From NCBI GenBank assembly GCA_964019335.1, contig OZ025663.1:1-64000 (forward strand): a stretch of DNA of 64,000 bases, read 5' to 3'. Under the pieces are notes generated by a model. The model worked only from the letters and a program-made list of their open reading frames with translations. It was not told the origin of the DNA and searched no databases. Shown in pieces: positions 22,001 through 32,325 of this stretch (within the stretch, counting starts at the first letter, position 1; every line of letters starts with the position of its first letter). Source of the DNA: Diplonema japonicum (Eukaryota > Protista > Euglenozoa: Diplonemea). A program made the position numbers and the translations under genes.

Positions 22001-25000
22001 CCCAAGCTCGACAGGTCCCTGCATGTAGCGCGGCAAGAACGAAAGAGGAGTAGGTCCACTGGATGTGTATGCTCTGTACCCCCTGGTGTCCGACCAGTAA
22101 GCGTAGAGGTCCCATTCTGCATCGTCATTGATTGCCTTGTATTGTTTGCTCTGCTGCATGTTGTGTGCAGTGGGGAGAAGGTGCATCCTTGTTGCATCAG
22201 TCAGAACGGTCATGCTGTGCATCTTCTCTGCAAATTGCACCTTGCACATAAAGCACGGTCTGCTGTACTCAAGTCGCATAGTCACCTTACCATCGACAGA
22301 TTCAGCAGCAGGCGACAGCTGCATAAGGGTCCCGCCCATTCCATTGCCGTTTCCGCCATTCTTTTCGACAGTGACCGCCGCGGGGGAGTTACCTAGCTCA
22401 CGGTCCCACGCGGGGAAGTTGTTGTCGTCTACACGGACTGCAGAGAGAGAGAAGGGCGTCCTTTCCCTAATAGCAACACGGGGAACACCGCTAAGTAGCC
22501 ACTGGGTGCCGCAGGTCTTTACGTTGAAATGCATAATGTTTCCAATTACAGGCATGTCTTCCTCTTTTTTCCACGCCCTGAGACTGAAAGAAGACACATC
22601 TTCACCATCATTCAACTTGTAGTACACCTCAACACTGCACGCAGCACAGGGACGAGTGAAGTGGAAACTTTGATCCATGTTGGTTTCGTCCAGCTTTACA
22701 AAACTAACTCCTGAAAGACTTGTTTTGCACCTTTCTCCAGCTGCAGATTTCATGAATCCACCGTTACCGTACTTGAGCACCCCATCGTTGGAGTGATAGG
22801 TGCTCCCGACATAAAGGCTTTTTGGTTTCTTGTTCTCTTTGAATGTCCAACGGTTGTTCCCGAACATCTGCACCGCCTCAAGTTTAATATTTATTTCAGT
22901 ACCGACCTCAATCTCGGGACTCGTGAACGATGGTGTTTGTTCGATGATCTGCAAGTGAGTGGCTTTCCTTGGGGCAACGCTGAAGGGCTTAGTGAATTTA
23001 GTCCTTTCAGCAAGAATAGGTTTCATATCAGAGTCCTCAGCAGTTGGTTGAGTGAGGCAGTTCTCAAGGGTGTCAGTGGTACCCTTGAAGCAGAGGTCAA
23101 GCTGCAACACCGTGCGTTCAGCAGGCTGGTCGAGCTTGACCCAGGCCGTTGCAAGTCCCCTATCAGTAGACACAGTTGCCTTCTCGAAGCTAGCGATCTC
23201 ACCAGACAAGAACGCAGACGTTTTCGGACTGTAAACCTCAACTGCATTGCCATTGCACCCGACATGAGGCTTCGCGCGTGTGATTCGGATCTTTCTTTCC
23301 GCGAATGTGTGCGCACGCAAGTTTCCGTCGTCGGTCACCATCGTCTGCAGTGGGAAGGGAATGCCGGCCACGGCGCCGGTCGTGTAAGACCACCCTTGAC
23401 CAGGAGCTGCGGACGTACGATACGACCTGTAGCTTTCATAGAAGTATGAAAAAGCAGGCTCAGCAGCTGGGCACGTATTTTTCATTGACACAGCATCCAA
23501 CAACGACCATTTGTTGATGGTGCCAGTAGCTTTCACGTATTTGTACTTCGTAGTAGTTTTATCAGTACTTTCGCCCAACTTCACCTCAAACTCTTTCGCC
23601 TCGATACTAGGAACTTCGGTACCATAAAGCGTAGCAGTGATCTTAGGGTCCTTGTTGCCTAGCTCCAACAGCCTGTCAATCACGCTTTCCTTGCTGATTG
23701 GGCCCTGTACTGTCAAAGTGGGTGCCGGGTCAGTGGTGGTGCCCATATAGAACGTCTGACCAGGATAAGTGAATTCGTACGACAGCTTTTCATGGTACAC
23801 ATAGAAGTACTTGTCATCATTATCAATTGAGGTGTACGCCATGGCCTCCAGGGTTGTTGGTGTGGGGCTTTCGTCCAAGCAGCGAGCGGCCCTCAGGTCT
23901 GAGTTCGTCCTAGGTTCAGCAATAAGGGCTACTTTTATTGAAGGGGACGCAGAATCTAGCACCCACAGCCTCACTTCGTGACACAGAGTATTCGAATCGG
24001 CTTTCCCGCAAACTCGGAACATGAGCTCTCTTGCAGGTTGCTTAACTGCGTCAGTGGCGTACTCCATTGTAAGGGTGCCATCGCCCTCAGAGATCGGACC
24101 ACTAAACTTCACCTTCGCAACACCCCACGACCATGTCTTCCCATTAATCACCTTGTGCGTAGTGCTATCCCAAGGACTGCCTAGTGTGATTTCAGACCCT
24201 GTTACAGAGGTGTAGTGCCCGCCCAAAGCTACAATATTAAACGTCCTTGCAGTGGTATCTGTCTCCGTCTTCATCTCGTTGTCCTCGAAGAACGTCTTGG
24301 TGAACTTGTAGCTGAAGACCAGACCTGACGACAAGTCTGCTGTTGTGGTGTACCAACGAGCGCAGCCCGACGGTGTGCTGCACATTTCTTTTGCGAGTGT
24401 AACGCCATCAAGCTTCATTGCGTAGGTAGTGGCAGGCTTTGCCTTGCGGTTCAAAGTAACAGAGGTCTCGCATGTGTACTCCTTCTCATGGATGAAATGC
24501 TTGTTGCCTGGAAGACCGAAGACTTCTTTTACAGCCTTAAGCTTTATTGTGTGTCTCTCTGAAATGCTGCTAGGGGGAACTTCAGAGGTGAACTCTAGAC
24601 CCGAGATCTTTGCTTTAGAGTTCGTTCCCATCGCGACACTTGCAGTAGGGGCGATCAGATTGAACTTTGCATTGCTAGTCGACGTGACGCTAGCAAATTT
24701 GACACGCCATTTCGGGGGATTGCACGTGTCAGCCGCGGGAGTGCCCAAAGAAACTGTGAGGTCGAAGGTCTCACACTTAGATTCAGACTCCGTACAGTCC
24801 ACAGTGAGATCAGCAGAGCAGGAAATTATATCCGATTCCTGTTGGGTGAAGGAGAGCGTGTGTACATCAGAGTCACTGTTTGGCGAAGCACCCATGTCAC
24901 TGTGGAAGGTGAACTTGCATTCAGGGCAGTCCCTGTCCGTCTTGAGCGTCCACTGAGCGCCCCACGTGTTTTGTCCCAGTGATCTAAATGAGTAACCATA

Positions 25001-28000
25001 CGACTTGCAAGCGCCATCGCAGTCCGCCTTGTACATGCACTGCATCAGACTGCTCTGGGAGCTTGTGTCCTTTGCCATCCATGCACCGTTCATGGCGACG
25101 GTGCCCTGCTGTGTCGGGTTGCCGCCGTCCGACTTGGTGTTGTAGAAAAGCGCAAAGGCATTCCCGTAGTGGTATTCGTCCGTGTACCAGCAGTTAGTAC
25201 CACAGTGAGTACCTGCTTGCACCAGTACGCTGATGCCGTTCTGGACGCTGCCCGAGCTGGGGAGTTTTGTATGAGCGGGAGTGGTGACTTTGATGCTGTC
25301 ACCAACAACACGAACAGGCGTGGTCACCTGGGCTGACATTGAGCTGGAACCGCTCTTCGTCCACATAAATTTAACAGTACACGGGCTCCATCTAGTGCAA
25401 CCAACGTTGTTCTTGATACGGAAGTACTGCGTCCAACCGTTCTCCTGCCATCTCGGTACTTCGTTCTCAAACGCTTTCGTGGTGTCCTCTGTGGTCCACA
25501 AGTTGTCCATGTTGGATGCACCGTCAGGCCTCACAACCTTCAAGATCTCGTTGCTTGTTTCTAGCAACCTTGCATGGTGGTTCGTAACAAAGCTGGCGCT
25601 TACAGTCCAGCCTGCCAAACTTTGGGTTGTCTCCATGACTTTCCCAAACTGATCGAACACGGCGTACCTCAACTTGTACGGGATCAAAGCCTCTACATAA
25701 GAGCCCGTTCCTGCAACCAGGGCGGCATTCTTTGAGGAGAGTTCATTTTCCAGCTCAGCAAGAGGTCCATAAATATCCGTCGGGATGAAGGCCGGCGTAG
25801 GTGTTCGCATTGCAGACAGGTCCTCATCGTCCGGCGTGACTGAAATCAAGCGGATCGATGCGGGCACGGGACGCACGACCTTAACTGCAAAACGAGTCCA
25901 GGTTTCCATATTTTTGCCGTACCTGATCTTCATGTAAACCGTAGCTTCGTTCGTCCCGTCCTTGAGCTCAATGGCACTAGCAGGGAAAGATAGCTCAAGA
26001 TGCCCGGTCGTACTCCAACTCAGACCACTGAATACGCTCCACGATGAGACAAATTTGGCCAAGCCAGTGTCCTCAGAAGCTGCCGCGCTTACACTACCAA
26101 GAGCGGCATACTCAGAAGGCCCTTGGTATCTTGCTTGCACTTTAATAGTACAAGTGCTACCATGGATGCATGTCACCAGGGTAATGTCTCGGCTGTCTTC
26201 CTTCTTCGGGTACACATCCACACCGTTGATAGCTACTGCGTCAGGGTAGTGAGGCACAACGCTGATCCACTGGGGTGCCGATTTTGTTGCGCCCACACTG
26301 AACCTGATACCACACCCGTATCCTGCATGGCATGCTGACATGAATTGCAGCCTGAACTGTGCCCTACCAGCAATGGCATATTGGGTAAGACCTTCCTTCG
26401 ACCATCCATACATCTCAGAATCTTTGTAACTACAGGTGCCGTGCACGTTGCGGATCATGGTGACGTCTGCTTGGACGGTTTCGCACTCAAAGTTACTCCA
26501 CTTAAAACTCGATACATCGGCCACCTCACATTTCTCGACGACTACCTTTTCGTTGCTGTAACCGGAAAGTGTGACATCGAAGTCGACCACTTCACCTGAT
26601 CTGATGACAGGTGTGCGGTAAGTGACGCCATCAATTTCGAGTCCTGTCTTGCCCTCGTAACTATCCTGCGTGTTCGACGTCCATTCCATAAATCTCTTAT
26701 TGCTATCGAAGACGAGAGAAGAAGTAACTTTCATTGCAGGCACTGTGGTGCTCTTTCTCCAGTAGCCATCCTTAGTTTCCCTATTAAAGAGCTGGTACAC
26801 ATGGCCTTTCGTGAAGTGTTGCTTTGATCCTGATTTGTAGACACAAATCTTGAGTGCGGTTTCGCTTCCCTGCGGGATTATGAATTCATTCATAGTAGGT
26901 TGGTCAACTTCGACTGTTGTAGCCGTCACTGCCTTGAGTGGGTACCATCCTTCGGACACGATAGCGGCACCGCTTGTGACTGGTGGCAGGCACACATCCT
27001 CGACTGGGACACGGCGGACATAATCCTTGGTGTAGCCAGTTGTAGGGCATCCATGGTTAGCCGTCTCAGAAGGGTCACTGCACCACGAGGGCGCGTCTTT
27101 GTCGTTGGACATCGTACGGTCGTAAACACTGAGCTTATTGTCATCACCACCAATGTACTCCATCTCAAGCATGGACGGGATGGCCCAGATTTTTGTGGAG
27201 GAAGTCGTCGACTTCATTTGGAGCCAGGGGCTGTTGTCGTTCTCTCTGTAACAGACGAGATACACGGCCGGGTCAACAGGGAACTGGAACACTGCAGAAA
27301 CATAGTTCTGGCCTGACCCCTGCGTCAGCACAGGGCAGCCATCGCCGCTGCATCCCCCTGTGTTAGTGGCGGTCTCAACAGGCTGGCTAAAACAGCTAGC
27401 TGTTACCTTTAGCTCTGAAAAGGTGCTGCCCCATCTCGCATCGAAGATGGACTGGTGAACAAGTTTGAATTGGTGTGAAGCGGAAAGAGTTTTTGAAAGT
27501 GCGGGGTTGAACCTAAAGCCGGACTCAAGGCTTGTGGTCGTCTGGGAAGGTGTTTTCACGTAGACTGTTGACGTACCAGCAACCACAGAGCTCGTCCTCG
27601 GGTAATTGAAAGCAGAGGCACTGGGTATCAAGCCCGTAAGAAGCTGATAATTTGCAACAATACTCTTTACAGTAATGAATTCGCGCGTGTTATGGTTTGA
27701 CTCCTTCACAACAACTTGCGAGGGTGCTCCTGTTGCCTGTGCGACTTGTACCCACGCTGTTCTTGACATTTCGCGGAAAGCTGTCTTCACGCAAATCTTG
27801 TACGACGTTTCCACAGAACCAGGAGGAAGCGTGACAACGAACTCAGCAACGTCGGCTGGGCCGTCGCCCGGTCCCATGGTCACTTCGTCTCCGTTCATGT
27901 CCACATGCGCTGCAGAGCATGCAGAGTTCAAGGCCACAACTTTCGCGGTGTCACCACGGATGTCAGTGTCAAAAAACTCATGGTTGGCCGTCATGTCGCA

Positions 28001-30829
28001 TGCACCGTCATTGCCAGGAGTGCACTTGATGAGGTTGACACGGATTGCAGCACTGTTGTGAGGTGTGCTGCCGGCCTTCACAAACCACCTGACACCATTG
28101 TCCACAACGGTGTACACACCCGACCTCTTCCACGAGTTTGAATTCGTTTGTATGCAGAGCATGTAAGAACCAGCGGCCTGGGGCACAAAGATGTTGAACT
28201 TGCCAGTCGACCCGATACCCGAGACGCGTGACTCTACGACATTAGCATCACTGCCAGCTGCAGGGTTTCCACAGTGAGCCCATTGGTCGTATTTCACTAG
28301 CTTAGCAATGAAGTTAGTGGTGAAACTAGGGGTGAATTTGAACTCCTGTGTTTCACCTCCAAGCAGCTTGGTTTGGGTTGATGGAGACGAAATTGGGATG
28401 TTGTGTATGGCCCGACTTGACACAAGGTCGTTCTTGAGGACCACCCAGTTGTGGTGGTTTGTCTTCGCTTGCCTGTAGCACACGCGCCATGTATTGTCCT
28501 TCCCACTTTCGTAAGCTGGGATTGAGATAAAACCAGCTGTCCACGATACTGTGGACGCATAATTGAAAGGTACGATGTCGTTGAAGGGTGTCTTTTCCTT
28601 CATGTTAGCATTGAACCACGCACGCGTGAACTCATCATTGTCGCACGAAACGCCTCTGCAGTACGTGCTTTTGACCACAGCAGCGTTCACACATGGCCGC
28701 TCGAGCACACCAGCACCACCACTCTTGCAGTACACTGACAGGTAGGTTGACATTCTGTCAGCATTGTAATTATCAGGGTTGACGTTACAAGACTCACCTT
28801 TTTTAACAAGCCTCAGCACATCTTTCCAGGGTCCAGTCTGCAGGTTGTTGGTGGTTCCATCCCCATCCTCAATTGCAAAGAAGCTTTCCTGTTGTTCAGT
28901 TCTATCAAGGTAAAGAGTATCCAATCTAAGCTTAGGTGCCGCCGTAGCCACGAAATCATCTGAAAGCCTCACCCAGTTGAGACTCTGGTGCTTGAAGCAC
29001 ACGTGATGGGTGCCTGCAGGTACGGTGAAATAAAAAGCTATTTCTGTTCTTGCGTTATTGTCAGCCGACCCCATGCAGTTATTCCTGTCACTTACCGCAC
29101 TCCCGTCCATACACTCTGCAGAGCCGCCATCCAGAACATCGATGCCGGCGGAGTAGTCGAAACACGACTTGTCCTTTGGCACCAAGACCATTGCCGAACC
29201 AACAGATGTGCCAACGTTCAATGTTGTAGTCTCCTTTAAAAAGAAGGTTGACTGCTTTGTATCATAGTTCTGGGAGCCGGTCTTTGCTTTGATCACGAGA
29301 TACCCCTCGGAACTGGCACGCTTGTCGTCCATCGTCCACACGCTCTCAGACAAGTAAGCCCCTGTGTCTCTTCCATACTTGCCGGGGACAAGGTAGTCTT
29401 CGGTGTAGTCATTGAGCTGCTTGAAACGCCTTGCGAGAGTCTGGGTAGGGTTGGAAGTGAATTGCAACATTCTGAAACCCGAACCCTTCTTGCTAACCCG
29501 ATAACACACAACCCACGAGCCTGTTGCAGGAATATACAATTCGCCGAAGGTAACCCTCTGGTCTGCCTCATCATTAGAAGAAGTGGTGAGTGTGACATCA
29601 CCCTGAAGGTTCTTGGAGCCGTAGGGCTTCAGCGACAGGTCATAAGCGTCGTCGTTTGTTGTGTCCCAGCAACCAACAGGAAACTTGCCCTCGAACTTAG
29701 TGCTGGACACAATCTTAAACATGTCACCACCAGTGGAGGACCACAGGTTGCCAGAGTACGCCTTGGTGTTCAGGTCAGGACCAGCCGTGTCTTCGAAGAC
29801 GAGAGTGCCATAAGTCGAAGGCGACAGATCATGCGACAGCCACTTTACATTCTCTGCACGAGGGGTGAACGACCACGCAGGAGTGTCCTTGCAAGCGGAG
29901 GTGGTATCGTCACAACCTTTGACCTTCACCCACACAGGAGTAGCGTGCAAAATGCTTGGGTTTAGCTGCTTCATAAGCTGCCTTTGTGTCACAGACGAGT
30001 AGCACACGTCATACGCCTCAGCCGGCACCCTCACGTACACGTAGGCACTGGACCCAAGTGTTCCGGCCGCCATGGTGGTGGCAACAGGGTTTATGGATGC
30101 AGTACCGAAGGCACCAAGACCGCCATCGAAGGATCCATGGAAAACACCCGAAGGCGCGGTTTCAAGGCTGGTCCACTTGCTACCAGTGACCTTGTTGGTA
30201 CCATAATACTGGTCAGGATCTTGAAACTCAGCGGAGCATGGGTCGCCCTTCTTAACTAATTTGAACATATCACCTGTGCACGTGTTCGCTGTAGGATTCG
30301 CATAGCACGTCGTGGCAGATGCCATGAACTGCAAAGACCCCTCTGTGGAGGTCATTTTAGCAATGGCGTTCTGACCTGCAGTTGCGAATGGGAAGACAAA
30401 CGAGTAAGGCGAAGCGACAGAGGTCCAACGCTTCAGTGTCGAGGCGGAGGTGATAAAGTCCATCCACTTGTTGTCGCCGCTGACATGCTTGAAGCACACA
30501 ACGAATGCACCAGACGCAGTAGCGGGTGCAGTGAAAGTCATGGCGGCTGTCTTGATCGCAGAAGCTTTGTCCACCCTGCCCCAGCTGGTGCTTGACCACA
30601 AGGGAGTTGTCGAGCCTACGACTAACTTAGCACAATCATCACCCGTTACTTCCTTGTACACTCTCACTTCCAGCTCGCCATTGTTGGCATTGAAAGACCC
30701 ATCTGTCTTTATACCGATCCTGACCTCCTGTCCTTCATAGATGCCACTTTCAGGAGACATTTCCAGTTGATACGTAGCGCCTAAAGCAGTGGCGCTGCAC
30801 GCGAGCACCAGTAGTGCCGACGATCGCAT
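19076..30829 (-). CDS. Giant (3917 aa) secreted or surface-anchored protein
   Basis: Uninterrupted ORF with signal peptide MRSSALLVLACSATALGA, repeated (V/L/I)C(Y/F/V)...W beta modules, and a hydrophobic C-terminus with no cytoplasmic tail (GPI-signal-like). Confidence 0.9.
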   Translation of the reverse strand: MRSSALLVLACSATALGATYQLEMSPESGIYEGQEVRIGIKTDGSFNANNGELEVRVYKEVTGDDCAKLVVGSTTPLWSSTSWGRVDKASAIKTAAMTFTAPATASGAFVVCFKHVSGDNKWMDFITSASTLKRWTSVASPYSFVFPFATAGQNAIAKMTSTEGSLQFMASATTCYANPTANTCTGDMFKLVKKGDPCSAEFQDPDQYYGTNKVTGSKWTSLETAPSGVFHGSFDGGLGAFGTASINPVATTMAAGTLGSSAYVYVRVPAEAYDVCYSSVTQRQLMKQLNPSILHATPVWVKVKGCDDTTSACKDTPAWSFTPRAENVKWLSHDLSPSTYGTLVFEDTAGPDLNTKAYSGNLWSSTGGDMFKIVSSTKFEGKFPVGCWDTTNDDAYDLSLKPYGSKNLQGDVTLTTSSNDEADQRVTFGELYIPATGSWVVCYRVSKKGSGFRMLQFTSNPTQTLARRFKQLNDYTEDYLVPGKYGRDTGAYLSESVWTMDDKRASSEGYLVIKAKTGSQNYDTKQSTFFLKETTTLNVGTSVGSAMVLVPKDKSCFDYSAGIDVLDGGSAECMDGSAVSDRNNCMGSADNNARTEIAFYFTVPAGTHHVCFKHQSLNWVRLSDDFVATAAPKLRLDTLYLDRTEQQESFFAIEDGDGTTNNLQTGPWKDVLRLVKKGESCNVNPDNYNADRMSTYLSVYCKSGGAGVLERPCVNAAVVKSTYCRGVSCDNDEFTRAWFNANMKEKTPFNDIVPFNYASTVSWTAGFISIPAYESGKDNTWRVCYRQAKTNHHNWVVLKNDLVSSRAIHNIPISSPSTQTKLLGGETQEFKFTPSFTTNFIAKLVKYDQWAHCGNPAAGSDANVVESRVSGIGSTGKFNIFVPQAAGSYMLCIQTNSNSWKRSGVYTVVDNGVRWFVKAGSTPHNSAAIRVNLIKCTPGNDGACDMTANHEFFDTDIRGDTAKVVALNSACSAAHVDMNGDEVTMGPGDGPADVAEFVVTLPPGSVETSYKICVKTAFREMSRTAWVQVAQATGAPSQVVVKESNHNTREFITVKSIVANYQLLTGLIPSASAFNYPRTSSVVAGTSTVYVKTPSQTTTSLESGFRFNPALSKTLSASHQFKLVHQSIFDARWGSTFSELKVTASCFSQPVETATNTGGCSGDGCPVLTQGSGQNYVSAVFQFPVDPAVYLVCYRENDNSPWLQMKSTTSSTKIWAIPSMLEMEYIGGDDNKLSVYDRTMSNDKDAPSWCSDPSETANHGCPTTGYTKDYVRRVPVEDVCLPPVTSGAAIVSEGWYPLKAVTATTVEVDQPTMNEFIIPQGSETALKICVYKSGSKQHFTKGHVYQLFNRETKDGYWRKSTTVPAMKVTSSLVFDSNKRFMEWTSNTQDSYEGKTGLEIDGVTYRTPVIRSGEVVDFDVTLSGYSNEKVVVEKCEVADVSSFKWSNFECETVQADVTMIRNVHGTCSYKDSEMYGWSKEGLTQYAIAGRAQFRLQFMSACHAGYGCGIRFSVGATKSAPQWISVVPHYPDAVAINGVDVYPKKEDSRDITLVTCIHGSTCTIKVQARYQGPSEYAALGSVSAAASEDTGLAKFVSSWSVFSGLSWSTTGHLELSFPASAIELKDGTNEATVYMKIRYGKNMETWTRFAVKVVRPVPASIRLISVTPDDEDLSAMRTPTPAFIPTDIYGPLAELENELSSKNAALVAGTGSYVEALIPYKLRYAVFDQFGKVMETTQSLAGWTVSASFVTNHHARLLETSNEILKVVRPDGASNMDNLWTTEDTTKAFENEVPRWQENGWTQYFRIKNNVGCTRWSPCTVKFMWTKSGSSSMSAQVTTPVRVVGDSIKVTTPAHTKLPSSGSVQNGISVLVQAGTHCGTNCWYTDEYHYGNAFALFYNTKSDGGNPTQQGTVAMNGAWMAKDTSSQSSLMQCMYKADCDGACKSYGYSFRSLGQNTWGAQWTLKTDRDCPECKFTFHSDMGASPNSDSDVHTLSFTQQESDIISCSADLTVDCTESESKCETFDLTVSLGTPAADTCNPPKWRVKFASVTSTSNAKFNLIAPTASVAMGTNSKAKISGLEFTSEVPPSSISERHTIKLKAVKEVFGLPGNKHFIHEKEYTCETSVTLNRKAKPATTYAMKLDGVTLAKEMCSTPSGCARWYTTTADLSSGLVFSYKFTKTFFEDNEMKTETDTTARTFNIVALGGHYTSVTGSEITLGSPWDSTTHKVINGKTWSWGVAKVKFSGPISEGDGTLTMEYATDAVKQPARELMFRVCGKADSNTLCHEVRLWVLDSASPSIKVALIAEPRTNSDLRAARCLDESPTPTTLEAMAYTSIDNDDKYFYVYHEKLSYEFTYPGQTFYMGTTTDPAPTLTVQGPISKESVIDRLLELGNKDPKITATLYGTEVPSIEAKEFEVKLGESTDKTTTKYKYVKATGTINKWSLLDAVSMKNTCPAAEPAFSYFYESYRSYRTSAAPGQGWSYTTGAVAGIPFPLQTMVTDDGNLRAHTFAERKIRITRAKPHVGCNGNAVEVYSPKTSAFLSGEIASFEKATVSTDRGLATAWVKLDQPAERTVLQLDLCFKGTTDTLENCLTQPTAEDSDMKPILAERTKFTKPFSVAPRKATHLQIIEQTPSFTSPEIEVGTEINIKLEAVQMFGNNRWTFKENKKPKSLYVGSTYHSNDGVLKYGNGGFMKSAAGERCKTSLSGVSFVKLDETNMDQSFHFTRPCAACSVEVYYKLNDGEDVSSFSLRAWKKEEDMPVIGNIMHFNVKTCGTQWLLSGVPRVAIRERTPFSLSAVRVDDNNFPAWDRELGNSPAAVTVEKNGGNGNGMGGTLMQLSPAAESVDGKVTMRLEYSRPCFMCKVQFAEKMHSMTVLTDATRMHLLPTAHNMQQSKQYKAINDDAEWDLYAYWSDTRGYRAYTSSGPTPLSFLPRYMQGPVELGKFVINDFNKVDYTPMVQSSELRTLTTGSATAGVVAGNGTHFVNGSPFRLDDAGRFRFRLYNRPAIQYRLGSSYYMGRTSGFVVDFTVPATKMAVDRSAAVACSNTYVSTSCTFRAYAIGKLPSAIATTNSYYVSTTATGEATAAPDCGCATVEVTDKSTFTHGVATFTARATSISASPCTCNITVTPPAGLQLANSQKFEMTFISRPVTQWGYYESENVKQVRNVLYSIKNHKVLIHLRPEAQDNEYSNEGLSSQVTEVGVASDKMSPVGCFVCERNDNNKCTVEQTVDGITIEGHFPNTGTCKFNQNAISGLPVSGASSLVSTHKYNMEVMVQETTKATIVKYTGLMGSESNFGALSKLTRDGSEDADGMPAAVLSDGAWMVFNMNNGDDDHIYGDYHSIATVVASKNDAEVSTTTHTAQAGSIRVHLNPDSDTHNGDTHSGYTYKVTIATKFIATVTPQKELGNWNRVGPLYFVRVGTKLRVSIREKGTDNAWEEVADDTHWILKRPFDMKVEMVDSKGNLVSALGDYAEDATITIQPLTIPCRNVDQAHGFLTSTCIKDIGSCRKETNFDTLKCTDLWRYGDDVSGEVSNRDVAMQNGVAMFNNLRWVGEEGLQGLYVHAEPKEWDVPVASSFVRFDMQRDHSLRLDNFAVTTHEVKDALSVQATIVDQWDARVVAEDFTTFAITAMCEDTDQDVFLQQLSEGNRTFVNQLVAKANAGVVSFKDFYLSNPCDVAKLTIVPLHYSEEVPQSVTATSQGFKVQNSNNETVGVQTPFATRMAMSLGAFASETAMREFLIKVWVDEFANRGFSKHLLPVFRRNVQTTKDCVLIRLCSIPSSRKDGGVLKSDIASTSTDKGFCIDRATAINDLSQSTRVAHVLADDMTAFAEFDVNVVADRDGVEAQLQAALTTDLASDASSLRAANPTVFKNADTQSATYYTPGPTGMLAPEFASASTTPLSYLLLFVSVIVLCL

Positions 30830-30937
30830 TTTTATTTCGTTTAAAACAACAATGCAGAAAAAAAAATAATAATAAAGATATCTGTAATGAATGTGTAATG
30901 TAGCAGCAAGGATGTGAATACAGTCTAACAATCTAAC

Positions 30938-32167
30938 TTACTCAATAATTTCAATTTCGGCCCCAGCACCATGCACTTGTATCATAGGGGTGATAGGGAA
31001 GTCCGTCTTCAACAGGGATATGGAAGCTGAAGGAGTTGCCGAAGGGTACATGGTAGGGTACCACTCCATGCACCGCGTATGGCCGTTGACAAGCAGCGTC
31101 TGAATAGATCCGGGGTCGACCAGACGTGGTGTGTTGTGCCCCGCGATACCGCCCTCGTTGTACAATCCCACCAACCATCGTTCAGTGCCTCCTTCAGGCA
31201 GAAACCTTGGAGCACCGCCACCTACTGTATGACATTCGTTGTTTCCTGCTTTTAGTCTGAAGGTTACACAATTTATCTCACCGAGTCTGACGACCTTGTC
31301 GGTCTGCATGATGGCGTATCCTTTTCTGCTGCTTTTGAACACCTTTCCGCCTAGCTTCCACTTAAAGGAAGGTAACCTCTCCAGCGTAACATCAGTGACA
31401 GAGCCAAGCGGTTGATTGTACTGTAGCGTGAGGATGTCATCACCTGCCTTGACGAGCTGCTTGCTGGGTGGGATACCTTCAATTTCGAGGATCTTGTCAC
31501 ACAGGGTCAGCACTGTCGAGCTCTCGGTAGGCACGCCAACTACAAAATCCCTATCAGGGGCACAGACAAGAATTGATCTCAAGGACACAGCGGGAGGTGC
31601 AGCCAGGCTGTGTTCAGAGGGTGTTGGAGGTTGTGAGAGTTCATCAGGGAGAGTACTGGCAGGACTTCCAGAGGGAGAGCCGAACCCGTCCTCGTTGTCA
31701 CCACTGTGCAACATCAATAACTTACCAAAGGTATCCCCTGATGGTTCCTGCAAATCAGAAAAAGATCCTTCTGTTATAGAACCGTGGTTCAGTTTCTCAA
31801 GTCTGGATACAATGTACTCCGCGTGCAGTGAATTGATGCGTGACTCTAGATACGTGTCGCATTCCTTGCTCTTCACCACATAAGTTTCGTTGAGCTGTCT
31901 CTGAAACACTCTCACCCTATCCCGTAGCTTTGCACCATGCATAAGCACTTGCTCTTTCATCGCCGACCATTCCCCCATCTCCTTTTCCAGAAGTGCGTCA
32001 ACGTTCTTGTTCGTCTGCTCATCCTGCCGCCTGCGTCTCTCCCTCCCCAGCCAGTCTAGCATTGTTATGGTTGCTATTGAAGTGAGCGACGTAACAACAA
32101 CGCAGAGCACCATCCGCATGTCTGCCGAGAGAGCAACGACAAAGACCGGCACATCAGATGTACTCAT
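30938..32167 (-). CDS. Membrane-anchored protein with a ubiquitin-like domain
   Basis: N-terminal TM helix, coiled coil, and STVLTLCDKILEIEGIPPSKQ (UBL motif). Confidence 0.65.
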   Translation of the reverse strand: MSTSDVPVFVVALSADMRMVLCVVVTSLTSIATITMLDWLGRERRRRQDEQTNKNVDALLEKEMGEWSAMKEQVLMHGAKLRDRVRVFQRQLNETYVVKSKECDTYLESRINSLHAEYIVSRLEKLNHGSITEGSFSDLQEPSGDTFGKLLMLHSGDNEDGFGSPSGSPASTLPDELSQPPTPSEHSLAAPPAVSLRSILVCAPDRDFVVGVPTESSTVLTLCDKILEIEGIPPSKQLVKAGDDILTLQYNQPLGSVTDVTLERLPSFKWKLGGKVFKSSRKGYAIMQTDKVVRLGEINCVTFRLKAGNNECHTVGGGAPRFLPEGGTERWLVGLYNEGGIAGHNTPRLVDPGSIQTLLVNGHTRCMEWYPTMYPSATPSASISLLKTDFPITPMIQVHGAGAEIEIIE

Positions 32168-32325
32168 CCCTGCGGTGACTTCGGCAGTTGCAAAGTAAGT
32201 AACGAATAAGGCTAGAAAGGATAGTATGCAAGTTTGAACAAGCGCACAGCACAACTTACAAGCAGATAGTAAGGTGGAAAATAACTAAAGTCCACTCAGG
32301 ACAATGACACTAACTATAGTACAGA

